Shown here in pieces: positions 25,697 through 32,000 of a DNA stretch of 32,000 nucleotides. This DNA comes from Pseudodesulfovibrio mercurii. GTDB lineage: Bacteria; Desulfobacterota; Desulfovibrionia; Desulfovibrionales; Desulfovibrionaceae. Below the pieces are notes generated by a model. The model was not told the DNA's origin and ran no database searches. It saw nothing but the letters and a program-made list of their open reading frames with translations. The position numbers were made by a program, and so were the translations under genes. Each line of letters begins with the position of its first letter. Position 1 is the stretch's first letter. The stretch covers positions 2,070,001 through 2,102,000 of the forward strand of contig NC_016803.1 in the NCBI RefSeq assembly GCF_000189295.2. The letters run 5' to 3'.

Positions 25697-27253
25697 ATGT
25701 TAGCCGAAATCGCCATGGTCGGCGGTGGACTGATCCTCGGCCTCGGAGCCGGAATCATTCTCTTCAAATACATCTCCGACAAAAAGGTCTCCGACTCCAA
25801 GGGGCTGGCCGAGCGCATCGTGGAGGAGGCGCGCAAGGAAAGCGAGGCCCTGAAAAAGGAGTCGCGTCTCCAGGCGCAGGACGAGATTTTCAACCAGAAG
25901 AAGGAGCTGGAGCGGGAGTTCAAGGACCGCGAGAGCCAGCTCAAGAGCGAGGAGAAGCGCCTCCACTCCAAGGAGGAGCGCCTCGACGCCAAGCGGGAGA
26001 AGGTCGCCGACAAGGAGGCTCAGGTGGTGGAGCTGGAAAAGCAGCTCATCAAGCAGGAAAAGCACCTGAGCGAACTGGAGGAGGATCTGACCCAGAAGTC
26101 CGACGAGCACGAGCGCAAGCTCCAGGAGATTTCCGGCCTGACCGTGGAGGAGGCCAGGGAGAACCTGCTCAAGGAGATCGAGTCCCGCACCCGTCACGAA
26201 GCCGCCAAGATGATCCGGAACATCGAGATGGAGGCCAAGGAAAACGCCTCCAAGAAGGCCAAGGAGATCCTCTCCCTGGCCCTGCAGCGCTACGCGGGCG
26301 ACTACGCGGGCGAGCAGACCGTGACCGCCGTGACCCTGCCCTCCGAGGACATGAAGGGCCGCATCATCGGCCGTGAGGGCCGCAACATCCGCGCCCTGGA
26401 AGCGGCCACCGGCGTGGACCTGATCATCGACGACACCCCCGAGACCGTGGTCCTGTCCGCCTTCAGCCCGCTCAAGCGCGAGGTGGCCAAGCAGGCGCTC
26501 GAACGCCTCATCCACGACGGCCGCATCCATCCCGCCCGCATCGAGGAGATCGTGCGCAAGGTTGAGGGCGAGATGGACACCAAATTGAAGGAGATCGGCG
26601 AGCAGGCCACCTTCGACGTGGGCGTGCACGGCATCCACCCCGAACTGATCAACCTGCTGGGCCGGCTGCACTACCGCACCAGCTTCTCCCAGAACGTGCT
26701 CCAGCACTCCATGGAGGTCGCCTTCCTGTGCGGCGTCATGGCCGCCGAGCTCGGCCTGAACGAGAAGGAGGCCAAGCGCGCGGGGCTGCTGCACGACATC
26801 GGCAAGGCCGTGGACCACGAGATCGAAGGCCCCCACGCCATCATCGGCGCGGACCTGGCCAAGAAGCACGGCGAGTCCAAGGAGATCATCCACTCCATCG
26901 CCGCCCACCACGAGGACACCCCGCCCATGACCATCCTGGCCAACCTGGTCCAGGCCGCCGACTCCCTGTCCGGCGCCCGGCCCGGCGCGCGCAAGGAGCT
27001 GCTTGAGAACTACGTCAAGCGCCTTGAGGAGCTGGAGGGGCTGGCCACCGGCTTCGACGGCGTGCAGAAGGCCTATGCCATCCAGGCGGGCCGCGAAATC
27101 CGCGTCATGGTTGATTCCGAGAAGGTCGGCGACGAGAACACCTACGTGCTCTGCAAGGACATCGCCGAGAAGATCGAGAACAACATGACCTACCCCGGCC
27201 AGATCCGGGTCACGGTCATCCGCGAGAAACGGGCCGTGGGCTACGCCAAATAG
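25697..27253 (+). CDS. rny: Ribonuclease Y
   Basis: It has an N-terminal TM helix, a long Glu/Lys coiled coil, a KH domain ([28 protein letters not shown]) and an HD domain ([12 protein letters not shown]). It is 518 aa with RBS AAGGAG. Confidence 0.95.
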   Translation: MLAEIAMVGGGLILGLGAGIILFKYISDKKVSDSKGLAERIVEEARKESEALKKESRLQAQDEIFNQKKELEREFKDRESQLKSEEKRLHSKEERLDAKREKVADKEAQVVELEKQLIKQEKHLSELEEDLTQKSDEHERKLQEISGLTVEEARENLLKEIESRTRHEAAKMIRNIEMEAKENASKKAKEILSLALQRYAGDYAGEQTVTAVTLPSEDMKGRIIGREGRNIRALEAATGVDLIIDDTPETVVLSAFSPLKREVAKQALERLIHDGRIHPARIEEIVRKVEGEMDTKLKEIGEQATFDVGVHGIHPELINLLGRLHYRTSFSQNVLQHSMEVAFLCGVMAAELGLNEKEAKRAGLLHDIGKAVDHEIEGPHAIIGADLAKKHGESKEIIHSIAAHHEDTPPMTILANLVQAADSLSGARPGARKELLENYVKRLEELEGLATGFDGVQKAYAIQAGREIRVMVDSEKVGDENTYVLCKDIAEKIENNMTYPGQIRVTVIREKRAVGYAK

Positions 27254-27264
27254 GCAATCCGAAG

Positions 27265-27299
27265 GCGCACCCGGCCCCCCGCCGGGTGCGCTTTTCTTT
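27265..27299 (+). terminator. Rho-independent terminator downstream of rny
   Basis: GCGCACCCGGC-CCCCC-GCCGGGTGCGC (11-bp perfect stem) followed by TTTTCTTT, 12 nt after the rny stop. Confidence 0.8.
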
Positions 27300-27397
27300 C
27301 CGGCGCGCTCCCGTCCGCAAAAAATCATAGCTCATGAGAACCATGATCCTCTATGGTTACCTCACTGCACCCGGCAGCCTATGGAGTCGCACGAGAC

Positions 27398-28288
27398 ATG
27401 AACCGCAATTCGGACCCCGCCCCGGAGAAACTCAAGCAGGCCATGGACCAGTCCATGAACCTGGTGCGCTCGGAAATGGGCGACGCCGAATTCAAGCGGT
27501 TCAGCGAGCACATCCAGTCCGAACTCGGCATCAAGATGCCGCCCACCAAGAAGGTCCTGCTCCAGTCCCGGTTCCAGAAGCGGCTGCGCGCCCTGGGCAT
27601 GTCCAGCTACAAGGAATACTGCGACTACGTCTTCTCCGACGCCGGACGCGAACAGGAGCGCATGCACCTGATCGACGTGGTCACCACCAACACCACGCAT
27701 TTCTTCCGCGAGCCCAAGCACTGGGACATCATGAACAACATGGTCCTGCCCGAGCTGTGGGACCGGGGCGTGGGCCGCTCCTCGGCCCTGCGCATCTGGT
27801 CGGCGGGCTGCTCCTCCGGCGAGGAGCCGTACACCCTGGGCATGGTGCTCCACGAGTGGAGCGCCCGGTGCCAGGGGTTCGACTTCACCATCCTGGCCAC
27901 GGACATCTCCCAGAAAATCCTGACCGAGGCCAAGCGGGCCGTGTACGCCATGGACAAGGTGGCGGACGTGCCCATGCAGTACAAGAAGAAGTACATGCTC
28001 AAGTCCAAGGACCAGCGGCTGGTCAAGATGGACGCCATGCTGCGCAACAAGGTCTCGTTCCAGCGCCTGAACTTCATGGAGGACTTCCGGCTCCAGAACC
28101 GGCAGGACATCATCTTCTGCCGCAACGTGGTCATCTACTTCGACCGCCCCACCCAGGAAGTGCTCTTCCGGAAGTTCTGCGAAAACCTCCAGCCCGGCGG
28201 CTACCTGTTCATCGGCCACTCGGAGAGCCTGTCCGGCATGACCCTGCCCATCCGGCAGGTGGCCCCCACCGTCTTCCAGCGGCTCTGA
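27398..28288 (+). CDS. cheR: CheR-type protein-glutamate O-methyltransferase
   Basis: FKRFSEHIQSELGIKMP is the CheR N-terminal domain. TNTTHFFREPKHWD, RIWSAGCSSGEEPYTL, ILATDIS, IFCRNVVIYFD and GGYLFIGHSESL are SAM-MTase motifs. The start is uncertain: ATG 27398 has GGAG 11 nt upstream, while the longest ORF starts at ATG 27353 with no SD. Confidence 0.85.
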   Translation: MNRNSDPAPEKLKQAMDQSMNLVRSEMGDAEFKRFSEHIQSELGIKMPPTKKVLLQSRFQKRLRALGMSSYKEYCDYVFSDAGREQERMHLIDVVTTNTTHFFREPKHWDIMNNMVLPELWDRGVGRSSALRIWSAGCSSGEEPYTLGMVLHEWSARCQGFDFTILATDISQKILTEAKRAVYAMDKVADVPMQYKKKYMLKSKDQRLVKMDAMLRNKVSFQRLNFMEDFRLQNRQDIIFCRNVVIYFDRPTQEVLFRKFCENLQPGGYLFIGHSESLSGMTLPIRQVAPTVFQRL

Positions 28289-28361
28289 CCGCCCCCTCCG
28301 CCACCCGGCCCGCCACCCGGCCCGAAGGCGGCAACCCTCACGCATCACCCCAAGGAGCGTC

Positions 28362-29141
28362 ATGCGCATTCTCTTTCTCGGCGACATCGTAGGCCTGTCC
28401 GGCCGCAAGGCCGTCATCCAGAACCTCGCCCGCATCCGCGAGGAGGAGTCCATCGACCTGATCTTCGCCAACGGCGAGAACGCCAGCGGCGGCTACGGGC
28501 TCAAGGAAAAGCACGCCCACGAGTTGCTCAAGGCGGGCCTGGACGGCATCACCGGCGGCAACCACATCTGGAAGTACAAGGACCTCTACGCCCTGCTCGA
28601 CGACGACGGCCGCATCCTCCGGCCGCACAACTACCCGGAGCAGCTGCCCGGCTCGGGCGTGCGCGTCTTCCGCAAGGCGGGGCTGCCCCCGGTGGCGGTC
28701 ATCAACCTCATCGGCCGGACCTTCATGCCGCCCATCGACTGCCCGTTCGCGGCCGTGGAGACCGTGCTCGACGCGCTGCCCGCCGACATCCCGGTGCAGA
28801 TCGTGGACTTCCACGCCGAGGCCACTGGCGAGAAGATCGCCATGGGCTACTTCCTCGAAGGCAAGGTCTCGGCCGTGGTCGGCACCCACACCCACGTCCA
28901 GACCAACGACGCCAAGGTCCTGACCGGCGGCACCGGCTACCTGACCGACCTGGGCATGTGCGGGGCCGCGGATTCCTGCCTGGGCATGAAACCGGAAATC
29001 ATCCTGGACCGCTACCTCACGGGACTGCCCCGGCAACTGGAGGCGGCCAATGGTCCTGGGATTTTACAAGGCGCGATTTTTGACATAGATGATACCACCG
29101 GCAGGGCGACATCCATGGCCACGTTTCGGCGTGACGGCTAG
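28362..29141 (+). CDS. ymdB: YmdB-family metallophosphoesterase (TIGR00282-type 2',3'-cyclic-nucleotide phosphodiesterase)
   Basis: MRILFLGDIVG, FANGENASGG, GNHIW, VDFHAEATGEK and VGTHTHVQTND are calcineurin-like phosphoesterase motifs in the YmdB arrangement. RBS is AAGGAG. Confidence 0.9.
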   Translation: MRILFLGDIVGLSGRKAVIQNLARIREEESIDLIFANGENASGGYGLKEKHAHELLKAGLDGITGGNHIWKYKDLYALLDDDGRILRPHNYPEQLPGSGVRVFRKAGLPPVAVINLIGRTFMPPIDCPFAAVETVLDALPADIPVQIVDFHAEATGEKIAMGYFLEGKVSAVVGTHTHVQTNDAKVLTGGTGYLTDLGMCGAADSCLGMKPEIILDRYLTGLPRQLEAANGPGILQGAIFDIDDTTGRATSMATFRRDG

Positions 29142-29166
29142 GTTCGCCCACTCTCCAACCACATGA

Positions 29167-30459
29167 ATGAGGAAGAAAGTGAATATCTACGACGAGTTGA
29201 AATGGCGGGGGCTGATCAATCAGGTTTCTGACGAGGACAAGGTGCGCGCCTATCTGTCCGAGCCCGGGGCCACCATGTATTGCGGCTTCGATCCCACCGC
29301 CGAGAGCCTGCACGTGGGCAACCTCGTCCCCCTGCTCTGCCTGGTGCGCATGAAACGGGCCGGGCACCATCCCCTGTACCTCATGGGCGGCGCCACCGGG
29401 CGCATCGGCGACCCCTCGGGCAAGGACAAGGAACGCGAGCTGTCCGACGCCGACAAGCTCGACGAGCGGTTGGAGATGATCAAGCACCAGGTCCGCCGCT
29501 TCGTGGAACGCAACACCGGCGAGCGCCCGAACATCGTCAACAACTACGACTGGACCAAGGACATGTCCTGCATCGAGCTTTTGCGCGACGTGGGCAAGCA
29601 CTTCACGATCAACTGGATGCTCCAGAAGGAGTCGGTCAAGGGCCGCATCGGCCGCGAGGAGACCGGCATCTCCTACACCGAGTTCTCCTACATGATCCTC
29701 CAGGCATACGACTTCTACCACCTGTACAAGAACTACGACTGCCGGTTGCAGATCGGCGGCGGCGACCAGTGGGGCAACATCACCGCGGGCTGCGAGTTCA
29801 TCCGCCGCCGCTACGCCGTGGACGGGGAATCGGCCGAGGCCTTCGCCCTGACCTTCCCGCTGATCACCACGGCCTCGGGCAAGAAGTTCGGCAAGTCCGA
29901 GGGCAACGCCGTGTACCTCAACGCGGACCTGACCACGCCCTACGCCTTCTACCAGTTCTTCATCAACACCGACGACGCGGACGTGATCAAGTTCCTCAAG
30001 CTCTTCACCTTCCTCACGCCCGAGCAGATCGCCGAGCTGGAGAAGCAGACCGAGGAGGCCCCGCACCTGCGCGCGGCCCAGAAGCGGCTGGCAGAAGAGG
30101 TCACGACCATGATCCACGGCAAGCACGAGCTGGAACGCGTCCTGGCGGCCACCGAGGCGCTCTTCGGCAAGGGCGACATCAAGGCCATCGACCCCGGCAC
30201 CCTGCGCGCCGCGTTCGAATCCGCGCCCGCCGTGCGCTACGCCCCCGGCGACGTGCCGGACCTGCCCCAGATGCTCGTGGACCTCGGCCTGGTCAAGTCC
30301 AAGGGCCAGGGCCGCAAGGACATCCTGGGCGGCGGCGTGTACATCAACGGCGAGCGCGTGGAGGACGGCGACGAGATCACCGACACCCAGTTCATCGGCG
30401 GGGAACTCCTCATCATCCGCAAAGGCAAAAAGAACTACGGGTTGGTGACTAAAGGGTAG
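29167..30459 (+). CDS. tyrS: Tyrosine--tRNA ligase
   Basis: ELKWRGLI, the HIGH-type motif SLHVGN, the KMSKS-type motif KFGKS and a C-terminal S4-like domain are present. It is 430 aa. An alternative start is the GTG at 29179. Confidence 0.95.
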   Translation: MRKKVNIYDELKWRGLINQVSDEDKVRAYLSEPGATMYCGFDPTAESLHVGNLVPLLCLVRMKRAGHHPLYLMGGATGRIGDPSGKDKERELSDADKLDERLEMIKHQVRRFVERNTGERPNIVNNYDWTKDMSCIELLRDVGKHFTINWMLQKESVKGRIGREETGISYTEFSYMILQAYDFYHLYKNYDCRLQIGGGDQWGNITAGCEFIRRRYAVDGESAEAFALTFPLITTASGKKFGKSEGNAVYLNADLTTPYAFYQFFINTDDADVIKFLKLFTFLTPEQIAELEKQTEEAPHLRAAQKRLAEEVTTMIHGKHELERVLAATEALFGKGDIKAIDPGTLRAAFESAPAVRYAPGDVPDLPQMLVDLGLVKSKGQGRKDILGGGVYINGERVEDGDEITDTQFIGGELLIIRKGKKNYGLVTKG

Positions 30460-30487
30460 CGGGAAGCGGCTTCCGATAGCGGGCCAT

Positions 30488-30568
30488 CTGCACATTTTTT
30501 CCGAGGGGCTTTCATCCTCACGTAGACGGCTACGCTGCGGTAAAAGCCCCCTGGAAGAAAATGCACAG
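30488..30568. repeat. 81-nt imperfect long inverted repeat with a nested CGTAG-ACGG-CTACG hairpin in its loop
   Basis: Left arm ctgcacattttttccgaggggcttt (30488-30512) pairs with right arm aaaagccccctggaagaaaatgcacag (30542-30568), with a few mismatches and bulges. The arms again contain a T-run/A-run. Confidence 0.6.
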
Positions 30569-30585
30569 CTGACCCACTCTCGAAA

Positions 30586-30667
30586 GCCTAGTGCGAACGC
30601 GGGGGAGAGAGCCGCTGTCGGGTGCTGCGCACCCGAATCGCTCCAGAAGAAATCGGGCGCGGGTTGC
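30586..30667. repeat. Inverted partial copy (copy C) of the 5' module of the 6851/22691 repeat
   Basis: The reverse complement of 30605-30645 is ctggagcgattcgggtgcgcagcacccgacagcggctctct. Copy A reads ctggagcgactcgggtgcccccggcacccgacagcggctctctg (6867-6910). The flanks are weakly similar and the hairpin is retained with a different loop. Confidence 0.7.
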
Positions 30668-30688
30668 GTGGCAAGCCGCGCCTTTTTT
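30656..30688 (+). terminator. Rho-independent terminator, probably for tyrS (about 200 nt downstream of its stop)
   Basis: GGCGCGG-G-TTGC-GTG-GCAA-G-CCGCGCC (11 bp with one G.G mismatch) followed by T6. Confidence 0.7.
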
Positions 30689-30816
30689 GCGTCCGCACGC
30701 CGACCGATCGTGAGCAGCCGATTCTCCTGTGAAGCGCCACGGTTCACCCCCTCAACTCACACGTCACCCCGCACCAGCACGGACCTGCCGAAGGCACACA
30801 AAAAGTTTGGGAGAGT

Positions 30817-30846
30817 CCAGAGAACCCTTTTCAAAGGGTTCTCTGG
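30817..30846. repeat. Perfect 30-bp palindrome (14-bp arms, 2-nt centre)
   Basis: CCAGAGAACCCTTT-TC-AAAGGGTTCTCTGG read directly. It lies 79 nt upstream of the yhhQ ATG and is not followed by a T-tract. Confidence 0.75.
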
Positions 30847-30924
30847 TCCCCCCGAAGGGGCCGCCGGAGGCATCTCGCGCCGCGAGGCTTGACCTCGGGC
30901 GAAAATGGAGGCAAGTGAGCCTGC

Positions 30925-31614
30925 ATGAACGAAACATTATGGATACTGTTTGCATTGGTGGACCTGTGCATGGTCCTGGTGGTCTACCGGTTGTTCGGCA
31001 AGGTGGGGTTGTTCGGGCTGATGGTCTTCAACCTGCTGTTGTGCAACATCCAGGTGCTCAAGACCGTGGAGCTGTTCGGGCTGACCACGACGCTCGGCAA
31101 CGTGCTGTACGCCAGCGTGTTCCTGGCCACGGACCTGCTCAGCGAGTTCTACGGCAAGAAGGAGGCGCGCAAGGGCGTGCTCCTCGGGTTCGTGACCCTG
31201 CTGATGATGGTCGGATACATGCAGATCGCGCTCTATTTCCAGCCCGCCGCGTCCGACTTCGCCCAGCCGCACCTGGAGGCGCTGTTCGGGTTCCTGCCGC
31301 GCGTGGCCCTGGCCTCCATGGCCGCGTACCTGGTCTCGCAGCTGCATGACGTCTGGGCCTTCCACGCCATCCGGGCGCGCACGGGCGAGCGCCTCCTGTG
31401 GCTGCGCAACAACGCCTCGACCATGGTCAGCCAGCTGCTCGACTCGGTGATCTTCTGCACCATCGCCTTCTGGGGCGTGTTCCCCATGGACGTGTTCATG
31501 GAGATCCTGCTGTCCACCTACATCATCAAGGTGGCCGTGGCCGCCCTGGACACCCCGTTCATCTACCTGGCCAAGCATTTGTTCGAGAAGCAGCGCCAGG
31601 TTCAGTCCGCCTAG
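30925..31614 (+). CDS. yhhQ: Queuosine-precursor transporter, YhhQ/VUT (DUF165) family
   Basis: The 229-aa polytopic protein carries FLATDLLSEFYGKKEARKGV, MAAYLVSQLHDVWAFHAIR, WLRNNASTMVSQLLDSVIF and STYIIKVAVAALDTP, which match the YhhQ-family pattern as I recall it. Confidence 0.85.
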   Translation: MNETLWILFALVDLCMVLVVYRLFGKVGLFGLMVFNLLLCNIQVLKTVELFGLTTTLGNVLYASVFLATDLLSEFYGKKEARKGVLLGFVTLLMMVGYMQIALYFQPAASDFAQPHLEALFGFLPRVALASMAAYLVSQLHDVWAFHAIRARTGERLLWLRNNASTMVSQLLDSVIFCTIAFWGVFPMDVFMEILLSTYIIKVAVAALDTPFIYLAKHLFEKQRQVQSA

Positions 31615-31634
31615 CGGAAACTCATTGCCGTGAC

Positions 31635-31671
31635 AAAAAGGCCGCCGGAAGGTTCCGGCGGCCTTTTTTTT
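31635..31671. terminator. Strong, potentially bidirectional intrinsic terminator between yhhQ and the convergent downstream gene
   Basis: AAAAA-GGCCGCCGGA-AGGT-TCCGGCGGCC-TTTTTTTT: a 10-bp perfect GC stem flanked by an A-run and a T8 run. Confidence 0.85.
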
Positions 31672-31874
31672 GGGGAACTATCCCCGTAACTCCCTGACGG
31701 GAAAAATCAGATGTCGAAAGCCGCTTCGCGGCGCACGTCGGATGATTTCGCCTCCGGCGGGCAAGGACTCGCGCCCTTGCATCCCCCTTCCGCGCCTGCG
31801 GCGCAATGGCTCGTCGCTACGCAGCTCTCAACCGGCAAAAGGACCTGGATACGGCCATGTTTTGCGGTCGGCGA

Positions 31875-32000
31875 TCAGCCTTCCAGGGCGGTCAGGTCCG
31901 CGCCGGAGATGGCCTCGCGCCGGGCCAGAATCCTGTCCAGGGGCCAGTCCCACCAGCGGACGGCCTGGAGCCGGTCGATGGTCGGCTGGTCGAAGCGCAT
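31875..32000 (-). CDS. C-terminal end of a hexapeptide-repeat (Vat/CatB-like) acetyltransferase; 5' part lies beyond the window end
   Basis: The reverse-strand frame open to the window edge reads ..RFDQPTIDRLQAVRWWDWPLDRILARREAISGADLTALEG* (stop at 31875-31877). The WWDW tail is typical of Vat/CatB-type acetyltransferases. Only 41 codons are visible. Confidence 0.5.
   Translation of the reverse strand: MRFDQPTIDRLQAVRWWDWPLDRILARREAISGADLTALEG

Noticed and set aside
30847-30924. preQ1 riboswitch in the yhhQ leader (small hairpin CGAGG-CTTGA-CCTCG followed by GGCGAAAATGGAGG).
   Set aside because: The loop and tail do not match the preQ1-I consensus as I remember it (a longer loop with conserved C/U positions and an A-rich tail ending near the SD). 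I cannot support the call without a covariance-model search.

Overview
High-GC (about two-thirds G+C by eye) bacterial chromosomal segment. The combination of RNase Y + YmdB, ZapB/ZapA/6S RNA and HD-GYP/PAS/HAMP signalling proteins gives me the impression of a Desulfovibrionales-type (Desulfobacterota) genome, but that is not a computed result. Recognisable housekeeping genes are rimO, uvrA, glmU, zapB (58 aa, below the ORF-track cutoff), zapA, a 6S RNA (ssrS), rny, an orphan cheR, ymdB, tyrS and yhhQ. Partial genes sit at both window edges. The most unusual content is a tightly coupled six-gene operon at 11471-22599. It encodes a 219-aa FtsX permease with almost no ectodomain, one MacB/LolD-type ATPase, and a 1635-aa FtsX permease fused to a PA/M28 peptidase-like ectodomain with apparently substituted metal ligands. 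It also encodes two distantly paralogous OPT-like polytopic membrane proteins with a family-3 binding protein between them. A membrane-embedded HAMP-PP2C phosphatase gene lies just upstream. I cannot name a characterised system with this composition. A small divergent operon (7755-9647) ends in a PqqD-like protein with no visible maturase. Three long non-coding tracts (6283-7403, 22600-23384, 30460-30924) carry a hairpin-rich repeat family: two ~430-440 bp direct copies plus an inverted fragment, stems closed on GCA triloops, and unusual T-run/A-run hairpins. Three genes (uvrA, the DUF4911 gene, zapB) share a TTGCCT-N16/17-TAnnnn-N6-ATG layout that suggests leaderless transcripts. I saw no CRISPR array, tRNA/rRNA, transposase, integrase or phage genes. 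All calls come from reading the sequence and translations. No searches, folds or alignments were computed, and RNA and repeat boundaries are approximate.
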